The notes under the pieces are model-generated. The model made no database searches. It saw only the letters and a list, made by a program, of their open reading frames with translations, and was not told where the DNA came from. A stretch of DNA of 64,000 nucleotides from Octopus vulgaris (Eukaryota). A program made the translations under genes and the position numbers. This document shows positions 12,680 to 26,515 of the stretch, one piece after another. Numbering within the stretch: the first letter of the stretch is position 1; each line of letters opens with the position of its first letter. Location: assembly GCA_951406725.2 (NCBI GenBank), contig OX597843.1, positions 7,874,001-7,938,000 of the forward strand, read 5' to 3'.

Positions 12680-12901
12680 TTGTGGGGTTACTGAAAAGGT
12701 GTTGGCTTTAAGGGTCTCGTGAAAGGCCTAGCTGGAGGCTCAACCTTTCGAGTTCTTTAACAGGGCTTAGAAAAACTGAAGGACCGCTTCAATGGATGTG
12801 TGAATCTGAGAGGGGTATATGTTGTGTAAAATCATAATTAACTGATCCTCCTGTCTTTTCTTTTACCCAAAGTCAGGAGCTTTTCAGCCCCACCTCGTGT
12901 G
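12680..12901 (+). mobile_element. mariner-derived MITE or deletion derivative
   Basis: Imperfect TIRs (GGGGTTACTGAAAAG / CTTTTCAGCCCCACCTCGT). The interior encodes GLEKLKDRFNGCVNLRGVYVV*, resembling the mariner transposase C-terminus. Confidence 0.75.
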
Positions 12902-13130
12902 TGTATGTGTGTGTATGAATGCAGGTAAGAGAAGGTTTCATAACGATGTTTATGTGCTCATTGACAATAGGAACAACAAGAGGAACAAAAACAGCACCAG
13001 TAATGGCAAGAACAACATCGGCAACAGGCAAAATGAAAGCAAAAAGCGATGCACAACCTACTCGCACACAAGGTTAAAATAATATTTTAAAATTTCTCAG
13101 GCGAATTCACATTTTAACAAAATGATACCA

Positions 13131-13295
13131 GGCGCAGGAATGGCTGTGTGGTAAGTAGCTTGTTTACCAACCACATGGTTCTGGGTTCAGTCTCACTGCG
13201 TGGCACCTTGGGCAAGTGTCTTCTACTATAGCCTCGGGCCGACCAAAGCCTTGTGAGTGGATTTGGTAGATGGAAACTGAAAGAAGCCCGTCGTA

Positions 13296-13334
<39 letters not shown>

Positions 13335-13555
13335 TTTGTGCGTCTGTGTTTGTCCCCTAGCATCGCTTGACAACCGATGCTGGTATGCTTATGTCCCCGT
13401 TACTTAGCGGTTCGGCAAAAGAGACCGATAGAATAAGTACTGGGCTTACAAAAGAATAAGACCCGGGGTCGAGTTGCTCGATTAAAGGCGGTGCTCCAGC
13501 ATAGCCGCAGTCAAATGACTGAAACAAGTAAAAGAGTAAAAGAGAGTAAAAGAGA
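13131..13555 (+). mobile_element. SINE family A, full length
   Basis: Matches 1033-1430 along its length. Confidence 0.9.
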
Positions 13556-13599
13556 GAGATATTTCCCCTGCCTATCGTTTATGCATATATAACAAAGAA

Positions 13600-13800
13600 A
13601 AACAAATTATTTTGATTCACTCGTCCGCCAAAATTTAATGATTTCGACCCACTCATCCAATGAGTATTTCTGCCAAATTTGGTGAAAATCCGTTCAACCG
13701 TTTTCCAGTTATTTTGTAAACACACAGACAACAAAGATGAGCGACGACAATACCCTAATTTCACTAACGCACGCAGAGTAATAACAATAAGAAATAACTA
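13600..13800 (+). mobile_element. possible Helitron/Helentron-like non-autonomous fragment
   Basis: CCAAATTTGGTGAAAATCCGTTCAACCGTTTT...ACACACAGACA resembles DINE/HINE-type repeats. Recognised by eye only. Confidence 0.3.
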
Positions 13801-13914
13801 ACGTGTACGAAATTGATACGAGATGGTACAAATAAAAAACTAAGCTCTAATTAGAATGTTCATAAGGTTCCAATAACCAGGAACAAAAAGGGTAATGTAT
13901 TGTCTCCGATTTAG

Positions 13915-14070
13915 GCACGAAGGCAGCGAAGCAATTGTGAAGGGAGGTGGGGTGTTTAGTTGACACTATTGGCCCCTCGGTACTTGACTGATAAGTTATG
14001 ATTTCGACCCCCCCCCCCCACTTATCGAAAGTTTGGAAAGCAAACATTGACCCACAAGCGGACTTTGAAC
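13915..14070 (-). mobile_element. degenerate SINE family B
   Basis: The reverse complement retains GTTCAAAGTCCGC, GGGGTCGA and AAGTACC motifs of family B. Confidence 0.45.
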
Positions 14071-14089
14071 ATTGTAATGGTTTTCTCAG

Positions 14090-14246
14090 CTGGCCACCAC
14101 CATCATCGCTATCGCCATGACCACCTTCATCCTCCTCATCATAATCATCCGATTCACCACCATCACCACCCTCATACCTGCTAACACCACCACCACCGCC
14201 ACCACCACCATTATTACCACATCATCATCATCAGCAGCATCATCAT

Positions 14247-14291
<45 letters not shown>

Positions 14292-14397
14292 TCATCATAA
14301 TCATCATCATCATCATCATCATCATTTTCGTCGCCGCCATTATCAACATCATCATCATCGTGACCATCATTTCCATCATCATCATCATCATAGTCGC

Positions 14398-14432
<35 letters not shown>

Positions 14433-17030
14433 CATCGTCATCAACATCATCATCATCATCGTCATCATCATATTCGCGATAGTCATCATCATAACCACCA
14501 CCACATCATAGTCGCCATCATCATCATCATCATCATCATCATCATTCCCATCGTCATCAACATCATCATCATCATCGTCATCATCATCATCGCCATAGTC
14601 ATCCTCATAACCACCACCACCACCACCACCAGACCCACCACGACCACGACCACCACAACCACAATCATAATCATAATCGTCATCGTCATCAGCAGTAGCT
14701 CTAGCATCAAGAACAACGATAACACTGACTATATATATATATATTTATATATATATATAAAGAAGTATAAACAATCAACCGATAATAGTAATAAATCAGC
14801 GGCGATAAACACTCCACTAGGCCAACGATACAACAGCGAGAAATCACGGCTCGAACGGCCGTTGTCAAGTGTTTAAATGTCATTAGTGGAACAGATTTTT
14901 GCTGAAGCGTGTTGGCGATGGTGTTGTCGATGGTGATGGTGGTGATGGTGGTGGTGGTGGTGGTGGTGGTGGTGGTGGTGTGGTGTTGTATGTATGGTGG
15001 TGGTAGTGATGGTGATGATGATGGTTGTGGTGATGGGGGTGGTGGTGGTGTTGATGGGAGTGGTGGTGGTGGTGGTAGTGATGGTGATGATGATGGTTGT
15101 GGTAATGGTGGTGGTGGTGGTGATGGTAGTGGTGTTGATGGTATGTTGGTGGTGGTGGTGATGGTGATGATGATGGTTGTGGTGTTGGGGGTGGTGGTGA
15201 TGATGATGGTTGTGGTGGTGGTGATGGTAGTGGTGTTGATGGTACGGTGGTGGTAGTGATGGTGATGATGATGGTTGTGGTAATGGTGGTGGTGGTGGTG
15301 GGTGTGGTAGTGGTGTTGATGGTATGTTGGTGGTGGTGGTGATGGTGATGATGATGGTTGTGGTGATGGGGGTGGTGGTGGTGATGGTAGTGGTGTTGAT
15401 AATGGTGGTGGTTGTGGTGATTGTAGTGTTGTTGATGGTATGGTGGTGGTGGTGGTGATGGTAGTAGTGTTGATGGTATGGTGGTGGTGGTAGTGATGAT
15501 GATGACGATGAGGATTGTGGTGATGGTGGTAGTGTTGGGAGTGGTGGTGGTGGTGATGGTGATGTTTTATTTGTGGTTGTTGTCGCGGTTGACGTTTCTG
15601 CTGTTGTTGTTATGATCGTTGCTATTTTATTGTTGTTGCTGTTCTTGTAGTTCTTGCCTGTTGTTAGTATTGCTATCATCACCGCCGCCGCCGCCGCCAT
15701 CTTGATCATCATTGCCGTCGTTCTTAATCGAAGTCATTTTTGTTGCTTTTGTTGTAGTCATCACTGACTACAATCATCATCATCATCATCATCATCATCA
15801 CAACCACCATCACTCCTGCCACCACCACTACCACTACCACAACCATCGTCATCACCATCATCATAATCACTCACCACCAGCACCACCTTCAGCACCACTA
15901 CGACTACCACGACGACTACTACTACTACAACTACTAAATGCTACCACCACCATCACTACTGTCGTCGTCCCCCTGCTCCCCTCTTCCTCTTCTTCCTCCC
16001 CCTCTTCCGCCTCTTCCTCCTCTCCTTCCCCCTCTTCCTACTCTTCTCTCCTCTTCCTCTTCTGCCTCCCCCTCTCCCCTCTTCCCCTCTTCCTCCTCTT
16101 CCTCCCCTTCTTCCCTCTCTTCCCCTTCTTCCTCCCCTCATCCCCATCTTCCCCCTTCCTCCTCGTCTTCATCCTCTTTCTCATCTTCCTCATCTTCCTC
16201 AATGTCTACCTCCTCTTCCTCCCCATCTTCGTCTTCCTCATTTTCCTCCATGTCTACCTCCTCTTCCTCCCCATCTTCCTCTTCCTCACCCTCCTCCGCA
16301 CCTTCCCACCCCACGCCATCTTGATTCCCATCTGTTCTGCGATAAAGCGCCGAATGTCAAGTGGTGTTGATGATACAAAATGGAGGAAAAATAGGAATTG
16401 GGGAAGGTTTATTAGATAAAGAGGGGAGCTGGGAGGGGGGAGCAAGGCGCGGAGGGGGTGGCGGTGTGGGTGTGCGTGGGTGGGTTTGCAGAGGCAGTAG
16501 CAGTAGTAGTGGTATTGGCGGTGGTGGTAGTGGTAGTAGAAGGAGTTGTGGAAGTAAGGGTAATTACTGGTTGTAGAGGTGGAGGCGGTGGTGGAAGTGG
16601 TAGTATTGATGGTGGTGGTGCAGGTGGTAGCATTTAGTAGTTGTAGTAGTAGTAGTAGTCGTCGTGGTAGTCGTAGTGGTGGTGAAGGTGGTGTTGGTGG
16701 TGAGTGATTATGACGATGGTGATGACGATGGTTGTGGTAGTGGTAGTGGTGGTGGCAGGAGTGATGGTGGTAGTTGTGATGATGATGATAAGGTTGAGAA
16801 TAATGATGACGACGACAACGTCGATGTAGTAGTGGTGGTGGTGGCGATGGTTGTGGTGGTAGTGATGGTGATGATGATGGTTGTGGTGATGGTGGTGGTG
16901 TTGATGGTAGTGGTGTTAATGGTATGGTGGTGGTGGTGGTGATGGCTGTGGTGGTAGTGATGGTGATGATGATGGTGATGGTGGTGATGATGATGATGAC
17001 GATATCGACGACGATGTAGCAGTAGTGATG
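14090..17030. repeat. alternating (CAT/ACC)-rich and (GGT/GAT)-rich low-complexity blocks
   Basis: Direct reading. The long Thr/His/Val/Gly ORFs here come from these repeats. Confidence 0.9.
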
Positions 17031-17156
17031 GTTCAATGACTGAAACATGTAAAAGATGAACTCTAACATATCCACTATTACACCTCGGCGTGTTCAAACG
17101 AGAATATTTAATTGCTGTTCCTTTTCATCATCGGAGAATACCTCCTCCCTTCAGAC

Positions 17157-17296
17157 CAGTGTTTCTCAACTACTTTTTAAACCTGCGCACCCCGCGTGGG
17201 CCCATAGCCTTTTAATAGTTAAAAAATCCCATAATATTTTTGTAATCAAATATTACTAGGAATTGTATAAAAATATTTTTTATATTGTTAAAACGT
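17157..17296 (+). mobile_element. hAT/Charlie-like transposon end
   Basis: Starts CAGTGTTTCTCAAC, a typical Charlie-type TIR. No partner TIR was found. Confidence 0.4.
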
Positions 17297-17297
17297 A

Positions 17298-17892
17298 GGC
17301 GCAGGAGTGGCTGTGTGGTAGCTTGCTTACAAACCACAAGGTTCCGGGTTCAGTTCCACTGCGTGGCACCTTGGGCAAGTGTCTTCTACTATAGCCTCGG
17401 GCCGACCAAAGCCTTGTGAGTGGATTTGGTAGATGGAAACGGAAAGAAGCCCGTCGTATATATGTATATATAAATGTAGGCGCAGGAGTGGCTGTGTGGT
17501 AGCTTGCTTACGAACCACATGGTTCCGGGTTCAGTCCCACCGCGTGGCACCTTGGGCAAGTGTCTTCTACTATAGCCTCGGGCCGACCAATGCCTTGTGA
17601 GTGGATTTGGTAGATGGAAACTGAAAGAAGCCCGTCGTATATATGTATATATGTATGTATGTGTTTGTATATGTTTGTGTGTCTGTATTTGTCCCCCCAA
17701 CATCGCTTAACAACCGATGGTGATGTGTTTACGTCACCGTAACTTATCGGTTCGGCAAAAGAGACCGATAGAATAAGTACTAGGCTTTCAAAGAATAAGT
17801 CTCGGGGTCGATTTGCTCGACTAAAGGTGGTGCTCCAGCATGGCCGCAGTCAAATGTCTGAAGCAAGTAAAAGAGTAAAAGAGTAAAAGAGT
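17298..17892 (+). mobile_element. tandem SINE A: head-only copy (17298-17460) plus full copy (17479-17892)
   Basis: The two consecutive heads share the same 4-nt deletion (TGTGTGGTAGCTTGC), which suggests local duplication. Confidence 0.88.
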
Positions 17893-17971
17893 ATAGACAC
17901 CGTTGGTCATGCTTCAGAACCCAGCCATAAAGTTCAACGGTTATTGTTTCTGATAGGACCTTATGGAGTTG

Positions 17972-18338
17972 GTGTGGCCGACCAGCAGATCTTAATTTAG
18001 GGGTCTATGTAGCCGATCAGCATATCCTAAATTAGGGGTCAGTGTAGCCTACCAGCAGATCCAAAAATTAGGGGCCTGTGTCGCCAACCAGCAGATCCTA
18101 AATTAGGTGTCAGTGTAACCGACCAGTAGATCCTAAATTAGGGGTCTATGTAGCTGACCAGCATATCTTAAATTAGGGGTCAGTGTAGCCTACCAGCAGA
18201 TCCAAAAATTAGGGGCCTGTGTCGCCAACCAGCAGATCCTAAATTAGGTGTCAGTGTAACCGACCAGTAGATCCTAAATTAGGGGTCAGTGTGGCCGACC
18301 AACAGATCCTAAATTAGGGGCCTGTGTAGCCGACCAGC
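17972..18338. repeat. 35/36-bp minisatellite, about 10.5 units, with a 4-unit higher-order repeat
   Basis: Unit GTGTAGCCGACCAGCAGATCCTAAATTAGGGGTCA. Units 2-5 recur as units 6-9. Confidence 0.92.
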
Positions 18339-18544
18339 TTGAACAGCAGACATCGTACACTATCTCTATGAACTGACGTAACAGATACTCTATGTCGATA
18401 CGATCTGGATAGCCAATTGTGGTTGCCGCATGGCCACACTGGTACACAAAGGATTTGAACGTAAAATGCCAGAAAATATATCACAGATTTATTTTCTGGC
18501 GCGCTAACGATTGCGCCAAAGCAGATTATCATCTTTCTCGCGAG

Positions 18545-19378
<834 letters not shown>

Positions 19379-19672
19379 AAAAGAAGGTTAACATTTAAAA
19401 CTATATATGAAAGACAAAAATCATTAACACCACCACCACCACCACCACTACCATCATCATCATCATCATCATTAAGATGGAGATTGGCGACGTTCTACTG
19501 AATCATCATGTTTGTGTACTTCCGTTTCCGGTTTGTGGAAGATTGTGTTTCCGCTTCGGAAACATTCATGTGTATCGCGATACGTGTGTTTTTATGTAGA
19601 TCATGTGGCTATACGTACGTATATATATATACATACATACATACATACATACATACACATATTTATATATAA

Positions 19673-19726
<54 letters not shown>

Positions 19727-19805
19727 AAGTATATATATATACATATATACATATATATACACACAAATATATATGTATATATATATATGCATATATATAT
19801 ATATG

Positions 19806-19876
<71 letters not shown>

Positions 19877-20164
19877 TCTGTATGAATCTAGTAGGTGTGT
19901 ATTCATGGATATGTGAATATATATATATATATATATGAATGAATATGTATACACATATATAATACACATACATATATATGTACTAATGTATGCATGTATG
20001 TATCTATCTATGCGTATATATATATATATATATTGAGAGAGAGAGGGAGAGAGAGAGAAATAGATAGGTAGGTAGGTAGGTAGGTAGGTAGGTAGATAGA
20101 TATGTAGATTGCTAGATAGTTCGTGTCAAAGGTACAAATAGTACACGATAGGAATGACACTCCA

Positions 20165-20260
20165 GAAGAAGAAGAAGAAGAAGAAGAAGAAGAAGAAGAA
20201 GAAGAAGAAGAAGAAGAAGAAGAAGAAGAAGAAGAAGAAGAAGAAGAAGAAGAAGAAGGA
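20165..20260. repeat. (GAA)n microsatellite
   Basis: Direct reading. Confidence 0.95.
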
Positions 20261-20659
20261 AGAGTAGAAAGACGAAGAAGTGGGGTGACAATGGACGAAA
20301 AAACGAAGGAGACGAAGGGGCGGCGAGGATGGTGATGGTGGTGACAGTGATGAAAAACAACAACAACAACAGTAAGAAGAGAGTTAAGGCAAAAACGTAA
20401 AATGGACGTCGTTAATTTCGAGAAAATTCTTCCGCGATTCCAAGTCCATTTAGGTGATGACGTAACAGGGAAATTTAGAGATGTGTGTGTGTGTGTGTGT
20501 GTTTATGTGTGTATAGTCTTGTTAATTAGCAAAAATTATATTGACGAAGTGTGTTTATAATGTGTGTGTGTATGTGTTTGTGTGGGTGTGTGGGTGTGGT
20601 GTACTAGTGTCTTTAATTAGCAAAACTCATGTACTTTGTGTATCATACATATATGTATA

Positions 20660-20744
<85 letters not shown>

Positions 20745-20898
20745 GTATATATGTATGTATATATACATATACATATATATATATGTATATATATATATGT
20801 ATATATGTATATATATATATATTATATATCTACATATATATCTACATATATCTATATCTATATCTATCTATCTATCAATCTATCTATCTATCTATCTA

Positions 20899-20975
<77 letters not shown>

Positions 20976-21404
20976 ATGTCCATGTGTGTATGTATGTCTG
21001 CGTGTATGCATGTGTGTGTGTGTGTGTGTGTGTGTAGAACCTGGTGTTATCAATTAACAAATATATAAAGAATAAAGACTTGTCTCTCTGGATGTATATA
21101 TATATATATGTGTGTGCGTGTATATGTATATGTGAGTGTTTGTGTGTCAGTGTATGTGTATGTTTGTGAGCGTATATGGGACGAGTGTATATTTATTTGT
21201 ATACAGAAAGAATTTAATGTTAAAACTTAATAAACAACCACGTAATTCACTTATAATTAGCGTATATTTTAATTGATTAGCAAACATGAATATACATACA
21301 TACATACATATATATCTGTATACATATATACATACACACATTTATACATAAATACATGCATACATAAACACACAAACAGACATAATAAATACATTTATAC
21401 ATAC

Positions 21405-21452
<48 letters not shown>

Positions 21453-21499
21453 TAGCGTATATGAGTATTTATATATACATATATACAGACATGTATGTA

Positions 21500-21651
21500 T
21501 GTGGCTGTGTGGTAAGAATATTGCTTCCCAACCACATGGTTCCAGGTTCTGTCCCACTGCCTGGCACCTTGGGCAAGTGTCTTGCAGTACACCATCCACT
21601 CACAAAGTCTTGTGAGTGGATATGGTAGACAGAAACTGAAAGAAGCCTGTC

Positions 21652-21698
<47 letters not shown>

Positions 21699-21712
21699 CA
21701 TACATACATACA

Positions 21713-21745
<33 letters not shown>

Positions 21746-22062
21746 TTACACACATATATATATATATATAAACATATACACATATATACACACACACATA
21801 TATGCACACACTCACAAATATATACACTCACACACACATACTTATACACACATACACACACATATATATGTGTGTATCTTTATGTCTGTGCTCCCGTCTT
21901 CGAGTGTTGGTGCGTTTTCAACCCCATAGCTTAACGACCCGACAAAGTGACCCGAGAGTCCAGGCTTAAAAATAAAACCTGGGGTCGAATTTTTCGACAA
22001 AAACCTTTCAAGATGGTGCTCTAGCATGGCCGCAGCCAATTGAAGTAAAAAAACATAAAAGA
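21500..22062 (+). mobile_element. diverged SINE A with an expanded internal microsatellite
   Basis: Head at 21500-21655 and tail GATGGTGCTCTAGCATGGCCGCAG at about 22012-22035. Confidence 0.75.
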
Positions 22063-22072
22063 ATATATATGA

Positions 22073-22202
22073 TCGAAGGCTATAATGGACACAGGTTTGT
22101 GTGTCACATAGCTAGCTAGAGTTGATGGCCTCTTGGAGCTAATCAACGGCAGCATTCGTCCTATTTATTTGGACTGCCATGTTAGATGGCCATAACTACT
22201 CA
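22073..22202 (+). mobile_element. fragment of the HHR-bearing repeat found at 55830-56100
   Basis: TCGAAGGCTATAATGGACACAGG...GGACTGCCATGTTAG is homologous to 55948-56075. Confidence 0.7.
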
Positions 22203-22217
22203 TATGTATATATATGT

Positions 22218-22328
22218 GTCCGGGTTCAGTCTCACTGTGCGGCACCTTGGGAAAGTGTCTTCTATAGACCCGGGCCCACCAAAGCCTTGTGAGTGGATTT
22301 GGTAGACGGAAATTGAAAGAAGCCCGTC

Positions 22329-22330
<2 letters not shown>
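22218..22330 (+). mobile_element. SINE A head fragment
   Basis: CCGGGTTCAGTCTCACTG...GAAAGAAGCCCGTCG. Confidence 0.8.
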
Positions 22331-22418
<88 letters not shown>

Positions 22419-22699
22419 GTATATATACATATATATATACATATATATATGTATATGTCTGTATATTCATGCGACCATATGCACATAACATACACATATA
22501 TGTATACACACACATGAACGAAAAGAATATTTCTATAACAAAATATGTTATTATCCGACTCATTAAGAGATAATTAATGATAAATGGATATTATTATGAA
22601 ATAAAATTTAAACAAATTTTCTACACTGACATACGAACTTACGGCGTGTATAATTGTTATTTGCTAAGAGATAAGAAAACAAAATGTCGTATAGTGTGA

Positions 22700-22765
<66 letters not shown>

Positions 22766-22815
22766 TCGTGTAGAATTACATACACAGAGGCAGGTATACA
22801 AATAGAGACATACAC

Positions 22816-22886
<71 letters not shown>

Positions 22887-23132
22887 CATACAAGCAAACA
22901 CACACACACAAAAATATAGACACAAACTGACAGAAGAGAGACTTGTAGATGGATGCATACACATGTGTAGACATCCACACACACACAAATAGAAAGGCAC
23001 ACATATAGACGCATACACATGTATAAATATATATATATATATATATATATACACATTCATTACATATAAATGCATACATTTATATAAACTTCTAATTATA
23101 TATATATATATATACAAAGTTACAAACTTTCC

Positions 23133-23214
<82 letters not shown>

Positions 23215-23305
23215 ATATATATAAATATATACACATTCATTACATATAAATGCATACATTTATATAAACTTCTAGTTATGTATATATACAAAGTTACAAA
23301 CTTTC

Positions 23306-23390
<85 letters not shown>

Positions 23391-23428
23391 ATGTCCCTAT
23401 ATATATGTGTATACATAAATAACTATCA

Positions 23429-23479
<51 letters not shown>

Positions 23480-23537
23480 CATACATACATACATACAGAC
23501 ATACATACATACATACATACATACATACATACATACA

Positions 23538-23573
<36 letters not shown>

Positions 23574-23818
23574 TCTATTGCACATTGCTTTTACGTATTC
23601 GAGGCAGAAAAGTTTGCAAGAACTTTTGCATTCTTCCTGTATTTCTTCAGTTGTTTACCATTTTTGGAATTAGCTGCTTTCATTTTGGAACTTTGCAGTT
23701 TTGGGATACGGAATCAAATTTCCTTAATTAAATACATTTCCTATACATCTGTATGCTCGCAGAACATATTTACCCATATATATACATACATACATACATA
23801 CATACATACATACATACA

Positions 23819-23880
<62 letters not shown>

Positions 23881-24292
23881 TATATATATATATATACATT
23901 CATATATATATATATGTATGTGTATATTAATGTGTATATAAATTCATATGTACAAACCTAGATTCACATATAACTATGTATGTACACACACACACGTATA
24001 TCATGTGCGTGTGTCTATGTGTGCACCCGCAAAATGAGAGTGAAACATCGCAAGAGAGAGTTACAGAGATTTATATACATATACATCTAAATACCACTAT
24101 ATAATCATGCATATATATTTATATATGTAAATATATATATATATATATATATTCATATATTTATATATTTATATATACATATATATATATACACACACAT
24201 ACATATATATAATTTTCAACCTGTCCCTTATTTTCTAAAAGTTTTAAACACTTTGGGTAGGCCCCATACATCTTCAAAATTCGAGTGTTTCT

Positions 24293-24404
<112 letters not shown>

Positions 24405-24410
24405 TATGTA

Positions 24411-24630
24411 CTTTATTTAAAAGCAGCAGAAAATTCAACAAAACCTGTTACTCTGAGTTTCACGTTCCCGTTCTAGAATCAAGCAAAAACTGTCCGACGA
24501 ACGGGAACGTGAAACTCAGAGTAACAGGTTTTGTTGAATTTTCTGCTGCTTTTAAATAAAGCATATTAATCTACCACTGGTATTTGAGTACTCTTTTTTC
24601 CATCTTGTTTCACATTTATGTTTTTACTCC

Positions 24631-24632
<2 letters not shown>
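24411..24632 (+). mobile_element. short PLE-like unit with a perfect 63-bp inverted repeat, inside (TA)n
   Basis: 24411-24473 is the exact reverse complement of 24499-24561, with a 25-nt loop. Confidence 0.75.
24485..24532 (+). ncRNA. minimal type I hammerhead ribozyme (U4C variant)
   Basis: CTGT-CCGACGA-ACG-ggaa-CGT-GAAA-CTC-a-GAG-TA-ACAG. Stems I, II and III all pair, loop II is GNRA, and the cleavage triplet is GUA. Confidence 0.7.
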
Positions 24633-24678
<46 letters not shown>

Positions 24679-24711
24679 CATACATAGTTCAATTTTAAAG
24701 AAAATACAAAA

Positions 24712-24890
24712 CTAAGATAAGGCAGATGAGGTGACAGCAAGCAGGTGTACTGGTTTGAGGGTCGGAAAGAATTGACATTTCGATCCTACGCTCTTCGGCA
24801 GAAAGTGTTGTGAGAACAAATAGGGGAACCACAGAATAATAAAAAGAAAAAACGGAGAAATAAATGTGTAGCGATCATCGGTGCAACATA
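24712..24890 (-). mobile_element. GAGC-family pLTR-like unit
   Basis: The minus strand reads CTTT-CTGCCGAA-GAGC-gtag-GATC-GAAA-TGTC at 24805-24771. Confidence 0.55.
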
Positions 24891-24892
24891 AT

Positions 24893-24944
<52 letters not shown>

Positions 24945-24972
24945 TACACTAAACACACGAATTTTTATATAA

Positions 24973-25414
24973 AAGGAAAATTAGACAAGGCAGAAAATGC
25001 TAAAATATATTTCTGAAGAAAATTTTAGTACCGGTTTCACCTTTTCAACTTTTTCATCTTAGACTAAAACATGAAAAATAATTAAATTGTGGAAAAATTA
25101 AATGAAAGGTTTTTTAAAAAATATTTTCATAGTTTTCAAATGCAAGGGACATCTTCCTTTCTTCTGTCTGTCTCTGCCTCGCTTTTGCCCTCTCTTGTGA
25201 GGGCTTGATGGTAGCAGATAGAAGGTGGTAGCACTCCTAACATTTGAAAACCATGGAAATATTTTGAAAAAAGCATTTCATTAAATTTTTTCTACTATTT
25301 AATTTTTTTCATGCTTTACCCTAAGTTGAAAAAGTCGCAAAGACTGAAACCGGTACTAAAATTTTCTTCATGATAAAATCATTATAGTATTTCCTACCTT
25401 GTCTTATTTTCCTT
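24973..25414. mobile_element. head-to-head pair of diverged pLTR-like units (about 170-bp imperfect inverted arms) with U3/A8 HHR motifs
   Basis: Arms at 24973-25143 and 25241-25414. TTGAAAA-AGTC-gcaaa-GACT-GAAA-CCGG-TA at 25326-25355, with a degenerate mirror motif near 25026-25062 on the minus strand. Confidence 0.7.
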
Positions 25415-25440
25415 ACACACACACACATATATATATATAT

Positions 25441-25819
25441 TTTTTCTCTACTTTCAGCTCAGAGCTGCGGTCATGCCGATGCACCGCCGTTTTGTGCTAC
25501 ACTGTTATTGCGAAGAACCTCGTGTAATATGTGGCACTTGGTGAAGAATGGAGTTCGATACAGCTACTCTCATTTGCACCTCTTGCCGTGAGGTAGGTTC
25601 ATCTGGGGCTCTCGACAGGAAGATGTTCAGCTTTGATTTAAAAACCGCTACATCTACTTTGTGCAAGTTTCTCAGACTCTTTGGGAGAATATTAAAAAGC
25701 TGTGGGCCCTTGAAACCCAGGCTGTTGCAGAAGCTGGTCTTGAAGCGTGATGGCATTGCTGGGATCTTTGGCACTATGCAGTGTCGTCCCGTTCTAGCAT
25801 TGGTGAAGCTTACAATGCC

Positions 25820-25826
<7 letters not shown>
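25441..25826 (-). mobile_element. CR1-group LINE 3' fragment (ORF2 C-terminus and tail)
   Basis: NFGIVSFTNARTGRHCIVPK...GPQLFNILPKSLRNL...FKSKLNIFLSRAPDEP, followed by the tail hairpin CAGCTCTGAGCTG. Confidence 0.82.
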
Positions 25827-25850
<24 letters not shown>

Positions 25851-25941
25851 AGACTTTTTCAATTCCTGAGCGTTATACTAATACATCTGCTTGTTTTGTA
25901 CACCACCTGTCTTCGTCTTTTGTATTTTTCGTGAACTCTCC

Positions 25942-25994
<53 letters not shown>

Positions 25995-26285
25995 AGATAA
26001 GAAAATGGAGAAATACATCTAAATCAAATATCAATTACCAGATAATACTCAATCACATACTTTATTAAACCACCACATAAGAGACTGTAGGGTTAAACAT
26101 AAAAAAGCAGAACAAATCAGTGTACATAAAGGAATGTACATAAAAAAGCATATATATATATGTATATGAGATCTATGGGTTCATGTAAATAATATTCTGC
26201 GAATTTGGGGTAAGACCGTAAGTCAGAGGAAGAATTTACGCGTTTTTACGTTTTTAGTCAACTAAATAATTTATTAATTTATGTT

Positions 26286-26452
26286 GGTGAGCTGCCGAAA
26301 TCATTAGCGCGCTGAACAAAATGCTTCGCGGCATATCTTGCCTACGTTCTGAGTTCGAATTCTACGGAGATCGACTTTGCCTTTCATCCTTTCGTGTTCG
26401 ATAAAATAAGTACCAGTTGAGCACTAAGGTTGATGCAATCAACAAACACCCC
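26286..26452 (+). mobile_element. diverged SINE family B
   Basis: GTTCTGAGTTCGAATTC...TCGACTTTGCCTTTCATCCTTTCG...GATAAAATAAGTACCAGTT. Confidence 0.75.
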
Positions 26453-26469
26453 AATGTGAATGTACACAC

Positions 26470-26515
<46 letters not shown>

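Noticed and set aside
17972-18338. CRISPR-like periodicity
   Set aside because: The units are contiguous with no unique spacers, the context is eukaryotic and there are no cas genes.
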